Shown here one piece after another: positions 17,510 to 27,870 of a stretch of DNA of 64,000 bases (the stretch's first letter is position 1; each line of letters begins with the position of its first letter). The stretch comes from Alphaproteobacteria bacterium (GTDB lineage: Bacteria; Pseudomonadota; Alphaproteobacteria; SP197), in assembly GCA_964291265.2 (NCBI GenBank), contig OZ219747.1:3296001-3360000 (forward strand), read 5' to 3'. The notes below the pieces were generated by a model. It did not search any database. It was not told where the DNA came from and was given only the letters and a program-made list of their open reading frames with translations. The position numbers were made by a program, and so were the translations under genes.

Positions 17510-19087
17510 ATGAAGCAACCGGAACTCGACCGTCGCACACTCATGGGAGCGACCGCGGCAGTGTCGGCGACGGCGTTGGTACAATCGTGGATGGCGCCGG
17601 CACAGGCTTCGGTGACACCTGATCGAGTGCTGCGCATGCGCACCAACCGCACGATCGTGTCGACGGATCCAGGCTACATGGTCGGCGGCATGGAAACCGT
17701 TCTGCAGTACGCCTGCCTGGCTCAGTTGGCGACCCTGAACGAAGGACCGGACTGGTCCTGGTCGCCCAGCGAATTTGTTGCGCATGTCGAGCAGGTTGAT
17801 GCCCGGACCATCGTTTTCGAACTCAAGGCGGGCATCCAGTGGCACGACGGCGCGACACACGAGGTCATCAGTGAACTTGATGCCGAAGACGTCAAGTTTT
17901 CACTCGAACGGATCAAGGAGTCGGAGTGGAAGGACAAGGCGGCTGCGCTTGATCATGTCGAGGTCACGGGTTCTCACTCGGGAGTCATCCACCTCAACCA
18001 GCCATTTGCCCCGGTCTGGTACACGTGGCTGGCCTCCGGTACCGGCACCATCCTGTGCCGAAAGGCGGTGGAGGCGTCCGGCGGCAAGTACGATGGCATG
18101 TTCGGTTTCTACATCGGTCCCTTCCGCATCAAGGACTGGTCGCCCAAGCAGTTCTATGAACTCGAAGCCAATCCGTTCTGGACCGGAACTCCCGCCGGCA
18201 TCAACACCGTGCGGTTCATCGTCATCGAGGACGAGAAGACGGCAGAAATCGCCTATGAGGCCGGCGACGTCGACTTCACCCACATCAGCACCGACACGCT
18301 GGCCCGCTATCAGAGCGACGGGGCGCCGGACAGCACCGTTCTCGAGGTCTACCCGGGACTGTTGTGGACATGGATGGGAATCAATACCGATCATCCCAAA
18401 CTTCGGGACGTCCGCGTGCGCAAGGCCATCCAGCGGGCCATCGATGTCGATACCATCCTCGAGGCCGCTTATGCCGGTGTGGCGCCGAAGTCCCACGGCA
18501 TCGTGCCTCCCGGTGTCCTGGGGCATCGCACGACCAGCCACTACAGCTATGCGCCGGACGAGGCGCGGTCCCTGATCGCCGAGGCTGGCGCCGAGGGCCT
18601 TCAGCTGGAACTCAAGACGATCAACCGTACGGACCGCATGGCAGCCGCCACGGTCATCCAGGCCAACCTGGCGGACGTGGGTATCGAGCTTGATGTCATT
18701 CCGCTGGATCCGGGGCCGTTCTGGAACCTCGGACTGGAATCTTCGGGCGACGACTGGAAGGACCTGCAGTTGTGGATCATGCGTTACGGCGATGCTCCGG
18801 ACCCCAGCCAGATGGCACAGTGGTATGTCGAAGCCCAGGTCGGCGTGTGGAACTGGGAACGCTGGAAGGATGCCGAATTCGACGCGCTGTTCCTCGAAGG
18901 CCTCGGTGAAACCGACGAGGGGCGGCGCGAGGAAATCTATCTGCGCATGCAGGACATCATGGAAGATACCGGCGCCTATGTGTGGATCACGCACGAGCCG
19001 GTCGGCATCATCCATCGTGAAGAACTCTCACCGTCGATCCGGCCGAATGGCTGGCAGTTCTACATGCAGAGGTTCGCCTGGACATGA
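17510..19087 (+). CDS. ABC transporter substrate-binding protein, family 5 (peptide/nickel), Tat signal
   Basis: DRRTLMG Tat motif; LKAGIQWHDG...AEDVKFS; GPF; VRVRKAIQRAID. Confidence 0.92.
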   Translation: MKQPELDRRTLMGATAAVSATALVQSWMAPAQASVTPDRVLRMRTNRTIVSTDPGYMVGGMETVLQYACLAQLATLNEGPDWSWSPSEFVAHVEQVDARTIVFELKAGIQWHDGATHEVISELDAEDVKFSLERIKESEWKDKAAALDHVEVTGSHSGVIHLNQPFAPVWYTWLASGTGTILCRKAVEASGGKYDGMFGFYIGPFRIKDWSPKQFYELEANPFWTGTPAGINTVRFIVIEDEKTAEIAYEAGDVDFTHISTDTLARYQSDGAPDSTVLEVYPGLLWTWMGINTDHPKLRDVRVRKAIQRAIDVDTILEAAYAGVAPKSHGIVPPGVLGHRTTSHYSYAPDEARSLIAEAGAEGLQLELKTINRTDRMAAATVIQANLADVGIELDVIPLDPGPFWNLGLESSGDDWKDLQLWIMRYGDAPDPSQMAQWYVEAQVGVWNWERWKDAEFDALFLEGLGETDEGRREEIYLRMQDIMEDTGAYVWITHEPVGIIHREELSPSIRPNGWQFYMQRFAWT

Positions 19088-19107
19088 TGCAGGAGGGTTG
19101 ACCGGCG

Positions 19108-19917
19108 ATGACTGGCGCAGGCTCCATCACCCGGTTGCACGACATCATGGCGCGTCTGCGTGACCCCGCCAACGGTTGCCCCTGGGACATCGAACAGTCC
19201 TTCGCCTCGATCGCTCCCTACACCATCGAGGAAGCCTATGAGGTGGTCGATGCCATCGACAGGGAAGACTGGCCGGGGCTCAAGACGGAACTCGGCGACC
19301 TTCTCTTCCAGGTGGTGTTTCATGCCCGCATGGCGTGCGAACAGGGCCTCTTCGGGTTTGACGACGTGGTCGAGGCGATCTCGGAGAAGATGGTGCGCCG
19401 TCATCCCCATGTCTTCGCGGATGGAGCGGAAGCCGTCTCGGCGACCGAACAGGCGGTGACATGGGAAGAACTGAAGGCGCAGGAGCGTCAGGACCGGTCC
19501 CGGATCAGCGATATGTCCGCACTCGATGGAATCAGCGCCAATCTTCCGGCCCTCACCCTCACCCGCAAGATCCACGAACGGGCGGCAGGTCAGGGATTCG
19601 GCCTCGCTTCGACAGGCGACGCACTCGAGGACATGATCTCCGAAGTCGATGAGCTTTCACGGGAAATCACAGACGGCTCACCCGAACGCGTTGCCGATGA
19701 ACTCGGCGATGTGCTGTTTGCCGCCGTCAATCTCGCCCGTCATCTCGACGTCGACCCCGAGCGGGCATTGCGCCGCAGCGCCGCCCGGTTCGAGACGCGA
19801 TACCGTTTCATTGAACGCTGCCTCAGCCGCGACAACCGGACGATCAGTGACTGTTCGGTCGAAGAACTCGACGCCCTGTGGACCTCCGCCGAGAACGAGG
19901 AAGCCGCCACCACGTAA
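19108..19917 (+). CDS. mazG: Nucleoside triphosphate pyrophosphohydrolase
   Basis: LRDPANGCPWDIEQ...EEAYEV...ELGDLLFQVVFH; second ELGDVLF. Confidence 0.96.
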   Translation: MTGAGSITRLHDIMARLRDPANGCPWDIEQSFASIAPYTIEEAYEVVDAIDREDWPGLKTELGDLLFQVVFHARMACEQGLFGFDDVVEAISEKMVRRHPHVFADGAEAVSATEQAVTWEELKAQERQDRSRISDMSALDGISANLPALTLTRKIHERAAGQGFGLASTGDALEDMISEVDELSREITDGSPERVADELGDVLFAAVNLARHLDVDPERALRRSAARFETRYRFIERCLSRDNRTISDCSVEELDALWTSAENEEAATT

Positions 19918-20094
19918 CGCTTGGCACCTTCACCATCACCTGTTGCGCCCGTGCATCCTCCGGCCGGGAGTCACTGATTCCCGGACTTCCCCTTCCTGTT
20001 GGTCACGCTGCACCTGATCAGCCGAAAAGTCAGATCCAACACAACGACATGGGAGATCATTCCGTGGTCGCGGCCAGGTGATTCCTGGCGCACG

Positions 20095-21417
20095 TCAGTT
20101 GCCGGCAGGGCATCGGGACGCGGCATGTGGGAAGCGCTTGTGGAACCGGCCGAGATCGCTGTCCTGGATGCGGACCCTGAGACGGATGTCGTGGTCACCA
20201 TCAATGCGTTCGACGATCTCGGCGCAGCGGTAGAGAAAGCCCATGGCAGCGCCGTCCCTGACGGGTACGCTGAGTTCGACGAGGCGTTGTCTGCCGCCCA
20301 GGCGGCAGGTGATGAGACCGACAAGATCGTCGAGCCCCTCTCCAGTCCGGGCCGAGATGGCGGCTGCATCATCCTGGCGCTCGACGATGGCCCGCAGCCG
20401 CGAGGCGGCGTCGTCATCGAGCAGGTCGAGCTTGTTGTAGACGGTGACCACCCTCTCGGACGCATCGAGCTCGTCGATGCCGAGGTTCTCCAGAACAGCC
20501 ATCACATCGCTGGCCTGAAGTTCATGATCGGGGTGGTGCGCATCGCGCACGTGAACGATGAGCGACGCCTCGGTGACCTCTTCGAGGGTGGCGCGAAACG
20601 CGGCAACGAGAGTCTCGGGAAGGTCCGATACGAATCCGACGGTATCGGAGAGAATGGCGCGCTTTCCGCCCTTGAGGTCGACAGCCCGCATGGTCGGGTC
20701 AAGGGTGGCGAACAACCTGTCATCGGCGTAGACGCCAGCTCCGGTCAGCCGATTGAAGAGCGTTGACTTGCCGGCGTTGGTGTACCCCACCAGGGCGACG
20801 GTGGGCCACGGCGCCCTGCGCCGGGCGCTGCGGTGCTGGCCTCGCATGGCGACGACACCATCGAGTTCACGACGAAGTCGGGCAATGCGCTGACCGATCA
20901 GGCGGCGATCGATCTCCAGCTGGGACTCTCCCGGACCACCAACGAATCCCAGTCCACCGCGCTGACGTTCCAGATGGGTCCAGCTCCGCACCAGACGGCT
21001 GCGCTGGTAGGTGAGTGCCGCCATCTCCACCTGCAGCACACCTTCGCGGGTGGCGGCACGGGCACCGAAGATATCAAGAATCAGTCCGGTGCGGTCGATG
21101 ACCTTGGTCTGAAGCTGCTGTTCCAGATTGCGCTGTTGTACCGGCGACAGGGCCGTGTCGACAAAGACAAGATCGATCGCCGACAAGGCGACCTGGAGCC
21201 TGAGCTCCTCGACCTGCCCCCTGCCCAGGAATGTACCCGCCCGGGGGCGCTTCACGGGAAGAACGCGGGCGTCCCGGACTTCGAGATCGATGGCCCTTGC
21301 CAGGCTGACCGCCTCATCCAGGGCTCCAGGGCCCTTGCGTCTGCCCTGTGCGCCACCAAGCGAAGGATGAATGACGCTGGTTCGCGTGGCGGCGGCTTCG
21401 CGCGATGCGTCAGGCAT
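20095..21417 (-). CDS. hflX: GTPase HflX
   Basis: [37 protein letters not shown]; downstream of hfq. Confidence 0.96.
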   Translation of the reverse strand: MPDASREAAATRTSVIHPSLGGAQGRRKGPGALDEAVSLARAIDLEVRDARVLPVKRPRAGTFLGRGQVEELRLQVALSAIDLVFVDTALSPVQQRNLEQQLQTKVIDRTGLILDIFGARAATREGVLQVEMAALTYQRSRLVRSWTHLERQRGGLGFVGGPGESQLEIDRRLIGQRIARLRRELDGVVAMRGQHRSARRRAPWPTVALVGYTNAGKSTLFNRLTGAGVYADDRLFATLDPTMRAVDLKGGKRAILSDTVGFVSDLPETLVAAFRATLEEVTEASLIVHVRDAHHPDHELQASDVMAVLENLGIDELDASERVVTVYNKLDLLDDDAASRLRAIVERQDDAAAISARTGEGLDDLVGLITCRLGGRQRLVELSVPVRDGAAMGFLYRCAEIVERIDGDHDIRLRVRIQDSDLGRFHKRFPHAASRCPAGN

Positions 21418-21673
21418 CGTCGGGGGCGTCTCCTTCTCGTTCAACGGCGATCTGCAGATTCACCATGCCCTCCGGCATGACAGTCGACACGGCGTGCTTG
21501 TAGATGAGCTGCGAATGGCCGTCCCGGCGCAGGAGCAGGCAGAAACTGTCGAACCAGGTGATGATGCCCTGCAGTTTCACACCGTTCACGAGATAGACCG
21601 TCACCGGTACCTTCGATTTGCGGATCGCATTGAGGAACGTGTCCTGGAGGCTTTGCTGTCTCGCCTGCGCCAT
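21410..21673 (-). CDS. hfq: RNA chaperone Hfq
   Basis: LQDTFLN...[10 protein letters not shown]...[13 protein letters not shown]. Confidence 0.97.
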   Translation of the reverse strand: MAQARQQSLQDTFLNAIRKSKVPVTVYLVNGVKLQGIITWFDSFCLLLRRDGHSQLIYKHAVSTVMPEGMVNLQIAVEREGDAPDDA

Positions 21674-21742
21674 GATAACGCTATCCCGTATGCTGAGCCT
21701 TGGCACGTGCACCGATCCCGGAAGGGCGCGGCATCTTGCTGT

Positions 21743-22636
21743 TCACTCCAAGACTACACGCGAATGACCGCCAGGAAACCCCGCCTGACGGCGTGCGAAG
21801 TCGAGGTAGGCGTCGAGCAGAAGGCAGGTTACGTGCCCCGGCTGGCCGTTTCCGATGACCGTCTCATCGATGCGCGAGACGGCCTTGACGAGGGAGGTGG
21901 TGCTGGTCAGGAAGGCTTCACGGGCCCGCTTCGCCTCGGTCACGCTGAAAGGACGTTCGACGACCTCGATGGACAACTCGCGTGCCAGGGCCATTACCCG
22001 TTCACGGGTGATGCCCCGCAGGATCCCGTCGGCAACCGGCCGTGTCACGAGACGTCCACCGGAATCGACAATCCAGGCGTTGGAGGCGGCGCATTCGGTC
22101 ACAAGGTCTTCCCTGTCAACGAGCCAGGCCTCGTAAGCCCCCTCGCCTGCCGCCCTCGTGCGCGCCAGGACATTGGGAAGAAGGGAGACGCTCTTGATGT
22201 CGACACGCGTCCATCGCGTGTCGGGCAGCGTGATGACCTCGACCCCTGAAACGTCGCGCGACGTTGCGGGCACGTTCAAACGCCGTGCCGTGCAGACAAC
22301 GCCCGGTGTCAGGGACGCGTTGTCGAAGACGTGGTTGCGGGGCGCCGCACCCCGACTGATCTGGAGATAGACGATGCCGTCCACCACCCTGTTCAGGTGA
22401 ATCGTCCGGTTCAGGATGTGGGTGAGAACGCGCCCGGTCATCGGTCGGGGAATGTCGAGTTCGCAGAGCGAGCGATCCAGACGCCGGAAGTGATCGTCAA
22501 GGTCGACCATGTTGCGGTTGACCACAAGAATGACCTCGTAAACTCCATCGGCAAAGGTATGGGCGCGGTCATCGATGTGAACACTGGCACAGGAATGAGC
22601 GCTGTACCGTCCATTGACATAGGCGATGCGGGACAT
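21743..22636 (-). CDS. dat: D-amino-acid transaminase (PLP class IV)
   Basis: AYVNG...DRAHTFADGVYEV...DIKSVSLLPN...ILRGITR. Confidence 0.9.
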   Translation of the reverse strand: MSRIAYVNGRYSAHSCASVHIDDRAHTFADGVYEVILVVNRNMVDLDDHFRRLDRSLCELDIPRPMTGRVLTHILNRTIHLNRVVDGIVYLQISRGAAPRNHVFDNASLTPGVVCTARRLNVPATSRDVSGVEVITLPDTRWTRVDIKSVSLLPNVLARTRAAGEGAYEAWLVDREDLVTECAASNAWIVDSGGRLVTRPVADGILRGITRERVMALARELSIEVVERPFSVTEAKRAREAFLTSTTSLVKAVSRIDETVIGNGQPGHVTCLLLDAYLDFARRQAGFPGGHSRVVLE

Positions 22637-22637
22637 G

Positions 22638-24014
22638 TCAGAAGAACTCCAGACCCACCGACAGGAGTTTTTCGACCTTGCTCATCAGGTTGGCGCTGGT
22701 GAAGAGAACCACCCGGTCACCGACCTGGATTCGGGAATCGCCGTCGGGAACGATGACCTCGTGGCCGCGAATGATGGAGCCAATGAGGATGCCCTTGGCG
22801 AGGTGAATGTCTCGTATTCTCCGGTTCGTGATCCGGGTCGTCTCGAGAGCTTCGGCCTCGATGAACTCACCAGCTCCCTCGTGAATGCTGTAGACGCTGC
22901 GAACGCGGCCACGGCGTATGTGCTGGAGGATCGTCGAGACCGTGGATCCCCTCGGGTTGACGACCGAATCGACCCCAAGGTCCTCGAGCAGCGGGTCGTA
23001 GCTCTCCGAATTGACCAGCGTGATGGCCCGCTTGGCGCCCAGTCGCTTGGCAAGGAGTGACGAGAGAATGTTGACTTCGTCGTCGTTGGAAACGGCAACC
23101 ACTGTCTCGACGTCTCCGGCGCCTGCCTCTTCGAGGAGCTTGCGTTCCAGTGCATCGCCGAGCAGGACCGTGGTCCGTGTCAGCTGGTCGGCGATCTCCC
23201 GGGCCCGGCCTTCATTGATCTCGATGACCTTGCAGCGCACGTCGGCATGGTGTCTTTCGATCTCGCGGGCAACGTAGAGGCCGATGTTTCCGCCGCCGAT
23301 GATGATGACCCGACGGGCTTCGGGTTCCTCATGTCCCAGGACGGACATCGACCGGTGCATGTGATCGGTCGACGTGACAAAGTAGACAACGTCCCCTGCC
23401 AGCATCTCCGTGCGGCCCGTCGGGATGAACAGTTCGCCGTGGCGCACGATGCCGACCACGAAGACCTTGAGGTTGGGAAAGAGTTCCGCGAGTTCTTCCA
23501 GGGGCGTATCAAGGACCGGGCAATCGGCAAGGCACCGCACGGCAATGGCGCGCACCCGGTCATCGGCCATGGGCACGATATCGAGGGCGCCTGGCACCTC
23601 GAGGCGCCTGACGATGGCGCGGGCCACCTCGATTTCCGGCGAGATGATGACATTGATCGGCATGTGGTCCCGGCTGTAGAGATTGCTCCATGCGAGATCG
23701 AGATAGGACTGGTGGCGCACCCTGGCGATTTTCGTGGGCACGTCGAAGATGGAATGTGCCACCTGGCAGGCGATCATGTTGACCTCGTCGGCATAGGTGA
23801 CGGCAATCAGCATGTCGGCATCTTCGGCGCCGGCACGCTGGAGCACCGGCGGATGGGCGGCGAATCCCACCAGCCCCTTCGCGTCAATGTTCGCCGTCAC
23901 CCTGGCAATGCACGACGCGTCGTTGTCGATCACCGTGACATCGTTGGATTCTGCCGCGAGTCTGCGGGCAATGTTGTAGCCCACCTGCCCGGCTCCACAG
24001 ACAATGACACGCAT
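22638..24014 (-). CDS. trkA: Trk potassium uptake protein TrkA
   Basis: Two GxGxxG RCK domains (GAGQVG, GGGNIG); 458 aa. Confidence 0.96.
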   Translation of the reverse strand: MRVIVCGAGQVGYNIARRLAAESNDVTVIDNDASCIARVTANIDAKGLVGFAAHPPVLQRAGAEDADMLIAVTYADEVNMIACQVAHSIFDVPTKIARVRHQSYLDLAWSNLYSRDHMPINVIISPEIEVARAIVRRLEVPGALDIVPMADDRVRAIAVRCLADCPVLDTPLEELAELFPNLKVFVVGIVRHGELFIPTGRTEMLAGDVVYFVTSTDHMHRSMSVLGHEEPEARRVIIIGGGNIGLYVAREIERHHADVRCKVIEINEGRAREIADQLTRTTVLLGDALERKLLEEAGAGDVETVVAVSNDDEVNILSSLLAKRLGAKRAITLVNSESYDPLLEDLGVDSVVNPRGSTVSTILQHIRRGRVRSVYSIHEGAGEFIEAEALETTRITNRRIRDIHLAKGILIGSIIRGHEVIVPDGDSRIQVGDRVVLFTSANLMSKVEKLLSVGLEFF

Positions 24015-24019
24015 GGCAT

Positions 24020-25411
24020 TCAGCCTCCGGAGTCGCGTTCCGTGACGCTCACACCCAGCGCTCTCAGTTTCCGGTGCAATGCGGACCGCTCCATGCCGAC
24101 TGCCGCGGCCGTCCGCGAAATGTTGTTGCCGAAACGCGCCAGCTGGGTCAACAGGTACGTGCGCTCGAAGGCCGCCCGCGCCTCGCGCATTCCGAGGGAC
24201 ATCACATCGCTGGAATCGTGAAACAGGACCGGAGCCAGGCTAGCCTGCCTCAATTCACCGGGCAGCATGTCTGCCGTGATGGCTCCGTTCTCGCCTTCCG
24301 GCGTCATGATCAGCAGGGATTCGATGACGTTGCGCAACTGCCGAACGTTGCCCGGCCAGTTGGCCATCAGCAGAGCCATCTCGGCGTCTCCCGTCAGTGT
24401 CCGGGCACTGAGACCCTGCTGGCACACGGCGCGCCTGATGAAGTACTGAGACAGTGACGCCACGTCCTCGCGCCTTTCCGAGAGTGCCGGGACATTGATC
24501 GACACGACATTCAGGCGGTAGTAGAGATCCTCACGGAAATGACCCGACCGCACTGCTGCGGCGATGTTGCCGCTTGCGGATGTAAGGACCCGCACATCGG
24601 CCCTGACCGACGTGTCGCCACCCAGTCTCGTGAAGACCTGTTCCTGCAGCGCTCTCAGGATCTTGCCCTGTGTGGCCAGAGGCATGTCCGGAACGTTGTC
24701 GAGGAACAACGTGCCTTCGTTGGCGCGCTCGAACACTCCGTGGGTGATGGCTGGCGATGTCCGGGTCTCCCGCCCGAACAGTTCCTCCTCCACTCTTTCG
24801 GGTTCCATGGTGGCGGCATTGATGGCCACGAAAGGACCGCTGGCGCGCGGCGACTGCTGGTGAATGTGCCGCGCCACCAGTTCCTTGCCCGAACCTGCCG
24901 GACCGGTGATGAGGACCCTGCTCCCAGTGGGCGCAACCCTTGAAATGGCTTCGCGCAGTTGCACCATCGCGCGCGACTCGCCGACGAGATCGTCGAGGAC
25001 ATGGGTAGAACGGCGCAGTTCCGCGTTCTCGCGTCGCAGTCTTGCCTCGTCGAGAGCCCGCTTGACCACCAGGAGCACCTTGTCTGTCTGAAGCGGTTTC
25101 TCGATGAAGTCATAGGCACCGATCCTGGTGCACTTGACTGCCGTGGTGATGGTGCCGTGACCGCTGATCATGATGATGGGCATGAACGGATGATGGACAA
25201 CATAGTCGCACAACAGATCGACGCCATCGCGTCGTGCCCCGCGAAACCAGATATCGAGGATCATCAGGGACGGCACCTGTGCGGCCATGGCTGCATCGGC
25301 GGACTCGGGGTCGGATGCCGTGCGCGCCCGGTAGCCCTCGTCCTCGAGAACATCGGCCAGGGCGCGGCGGATGTCGCGCTCGTCATCGACGATGAGGATG
25401 TCGTGCTGCAT
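24020..25411 (-). CDS. ntrX: Response regulator NtrX (REC-AAA-HTH)
   Basis: ILIVDDE, DIW, GPAGSGKE, no GAFTGA, GNNISRTAAAVGMERSALHRKL; downstream of ntrY. Confidence 0.94.
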   Translation of the reverse strand: MQHDILIVDDERDIRRALADVLEDEGYRARTASDPESADAAMAAQVPSLMILDIWFRGARRDGVDLLCDYVVHHPFMPIIMISGHGTITTAVKCTRIGAYDFIEKPLQTDKVLLVVKRALDEARLRRENAELRRSTHVLDDLVGESRAMVQLREAISRVAPTGSRVLITGPAGSGKELVARHIHQQSPRASGPFVAINAATMEPERVEEELFGRETRTSPAITHGVFERANEGTLFLDNVPDMPLATQGKILRALQEQVFTRLGGDTSVRADVRVLTSASGNIAAAVRSGHFREDLYYRLNVVSINVPALSERREDVASLSQYFIRRAVCQQGLSARTLTGDAEMALLMANWPGNVRQLRNVIESLLIMTPEGENGAITADMLPGELRQASLAPVLFHDSSDVMSLGMREARAAFERTYLLTQLARFGNNISRTAAAVGMERSALHRKLRALGVSVTERDSGG

Positions 25412-27678
25412 CAGCCGTCTCTCCGTTCCAGGGGCAGTGACAGGATCACCGATGCACCGCCTTCCTTCCTGTTCCGCAGCGCAAGGTCTCCACCGTGGTC
25501 CCGGATCGTCGATCGGGCAATCGTCAGACCGAGGCCGTATCCGTCATCCTTGCCATGGGATTCATGCGGTTCGAAGAATGTCTCGGGACGCTCTACGGGA
25601 AAGCCCGGGCCATTGTCCTCGATCCTGACAACACACCATGCACCCTCCTCCGCAACGGTTGCCCTCACGATGTCGCCTTCCGCTCTCTCGACATCGTCCA
25701 TGCGAAAGGCCTCCGCTGCGTTCTTGACGATATTGAAGATGGCGGCGCAGATCATGTCGCCATCACAGCGAATCACCGGCGGAACCTCGGGATAGATGCG
25801 CTCGAAAACGACGCGCGCATCGGAGATCTCCTGAAGCCGGATGGCCTTCTCGACAATGTCGACGGCACTTTCCGGAGACATGCTGAACGTCGGCATCCTC
25901 GCGTGGCGGGAAAACTCGTCGACCACGTGGGTCATGTGCATCGCCTGCCGCTTGATGGTGTCGGTGAGTTCCCGGAAGACCTCGGGCGACTCCCTGATGG
26001 CGCCCGCGAACTTGCGCTCCAGCCGCTCGGCGGAAAGCGTGATGGGTGTCAGGGGGTTCTTGATTTCATGGGCCACCCGCAAGGCCACGTCACTCCACGC
26101 GGCCTTGCGCTGCGCGAGCACGAGTGGCGTGACGTCATCGATGGTCATCACGAAACCGCCGCGCTGCGCGGGTCCTCCCCTGCCACTCTCGACCTTGCCG
26201 ATGCGCACGAAGAGACGACGCAACCCGGCCTCGCTGTCCAGGTCGACGCTGCCTGACGCCGCGCGTGCCTTCATGGCCTGCCCGAGAATTCCGGAAGCTT
26301 CGGGCATGGTGTCGACGAGGTGCTCGCCGACAAGGTCGTTCTCGGTCACATTGAGCAGTTCCAGCGCCCGACGGTTCACCAGTTCGACGATCCCGGCGTC
26401 ATCGAGTCCGATGACGCCGGCACTGACGCCGGAAAGGACCGATTCGGTGAAGCGCCGCCGTCCTTCGAGATCCTCGTTGGCTTCAACCAGGGCATGGCGC
26501 TGTTCGGCAATCCGGTCGGCCATGCGGTTGAAGGCCTGACCGAGCAGGGAGAGCTCATCGGACCGTCCGCTCAGCGACACGCGCACCGACAGATCATCCT
26601 GCCGGATCTTCTCGGCGGCACTGGCCAGGGCCACGACCGGACCCACCAGGCGCGATGCGAGTTGCAGGGCGAACCACACGGCGACAAACAGCAGAAGAAG
26701 GGCAGCGACGGCATAGAAAAGGGAAAAGGTCAGTTGCAGGCTGGTGCGTTCGAGAGCGAGTTTTCTGTAGGACGATGCGGCTACGGAGACCCTTCTGGTG
26801 CTCTCGATGACGTCAGGGTCGACACTGCTTCCCGCCAGGAGGTACGTGCTGCCCCGGTTGAGACTGACGAGTGCGCGCACCCTGTCCCTGGCGCTTGACA
26901 TCAGAATGACGGCATCACCGGCATCGGCACGTTCGACCTCGCGTGCCGTGAGAGTCTCCATGCCGAGACCGGTTGAAAGGGTGCCCTGCATGATGATCTG
27001 ACCAAGACTGCTCATCACGACCCACTCCGAGATACCCCTCACACCCGCCCGGTCCTCGAGGTAGGCCGTGAACTCCTCCATGCTTCCCCCTGATTTCGGC
27101 ACGTAGAGTTGAAAGTCGCGGGCGAGTGCCAGGGCGCTGGAGCCAAGGGCAATGCGATGCTCTTCCAGGTAGGCATCGGCAATCCTGGTTGACTGGGCAA
27201 TGGCCGTCTGGACCCGTTGATTGAACCAGGAGTCAATGCCCATGTTGAAGAAGACAGCGGACGACACGCCGATGAGAACAGCGGGGATGGTCGCCGCCAG
27301 ACCGAAGGTGGCAACCAGCCTTGCCTGCAGCCTAGAACCTGCCATTCCCTCCCGGCGCTGCGACCACATGTCGGCAAGGCGGCGGATGATGATCACGGCA
27401 AAGGCAAGCAGGAGGGCGAGGTCGATGTTCAGGAGAACAATGAGGGTGTTCTGGTCCGGTTCGAACGGTCCCGAGCCCGTGAGCGCCCCGTAGGTCGCAA
27501 GGCCGGACAGCACCGCCGCCACCGCGAGAACCACGTTCACGACCCGGCTGCGCGACCATCGTCCGGTCGGCTTGCGGAACCAGCCGAAAGGCCTGGTCAG
27601 CATCGTCCTGACCGGGTTGCCCGGGGAGTGCACCGCTTCCGGTCGTGGAGCATGGACGCCGGTCGTCTCGAGACTCAT
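25411..27678 (-). CDS. ntrY: Sensor histidine kinase NtrY (HAMP-PAS-HK)
   Basis: GSRLQARLV, HAMP, PAS, AWSDVALRVAHEIKNPLTPI, DNGPG, GLGL. Confidence 0.94.
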   Translation of the reverse strand: MSLETTGVHAPRPEAVHSPGNPVRTMLTRPFGWFRKPTGRWSRSRVVNVVLAVAAVLSGLATYGALTGSGPFEPDQNTLIVLLNIDLALLLAFAVIIIRRLADMWSQRREGMAGSRLQARLVATFGLAATIPAVLIGVSSAVFFNMGIDSWFNQRVQTAIAQSTRIADAYLEEHRIALGSSALALARDFQLYVPKSGGSMEEFTAYLEDRAGVRGISEWVVMSSLGQIIMQGTLSTGLGMETLTAREVERADAGDAVILMSSARDRVRALVSLNRGSTYLLAGSSVDPDVIESTRRVSVAASSYRKLALERTSLQLTFSLFYAVAALLLLFVAVWFALQLASRLVGPVVALASAAEKIRQDDLSVRVSLSGRSDELSLLGQAFNRMADRIAEQRHALVEANEDLEGRRRFTESVLSGVSAGVIGLDDAGIVELVNRRALELLNVTENDLVGEHLVDTMPEASGILGQAMKARAASGSVDLDSEAGLRRLFVRIGKVESGRGGPAQRGGFVMTIDDVTPLVLAQRKAAWSDVALRVAHEIKNPLTPITLSAERLERKFAGAIRESPEVFRELTDTIKRQAMHMTHVVDEFSRHARMPTFSMSPESAVDIVEKAIRLQEISDARVVFERIYPEVPPVIRCDGDMICAAIFNIVKNAAEAFRMDDVERAEGDIVRATVAEEGAWCVVRIEDNGPGFPVERPETFFEPHESHGKDDGYGLGLTIARSTIRDHGGDLALRNRKEGGASVILSLPLERRDG

Positions 27679-27750
27679 GGATTGAGGTAGAGCTCCCGAA
27701 ATCCGCCCTGAGCCATCATACAGACGCCACCCGGAACATGCACCCTGCTA

Positions 27751-27828
27751 GTAAGCGTTCGGTCACCCGGTGATGGGGACGATGACAGCACTGAGCGAAT
27801 AATCTCCACCCTCTGACCGAATGCTCAC
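27751..27828 (+). mobile_element. 78-bp MITE with IS66-type IRs
   Basis: GTAAGCGTTCGGTCA ... TGACCGAATGCTCAC; internal CTGAGCGAAT. Confidence 0.75.
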
Positions 27829-27870
27829 ACTTCGGATGAGCGCCGTGTTGAAGACCTTAACGCGCCTCTC

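Noticed and set aside
19918-20094. Hairpins between mazG and hflX as a possible sRNA
   Set aside because: Two short GC stems between convergent genes, with no promoter or U-tract; more likely terminator-like or chance.
22091-22103. Partial matches to the MITE IR (GCATTCGGTCAC here; GCGTTCGGTC near 38450)
   Set aside because: Inside intact dat and lpdA coding sequence, with no partner IR.
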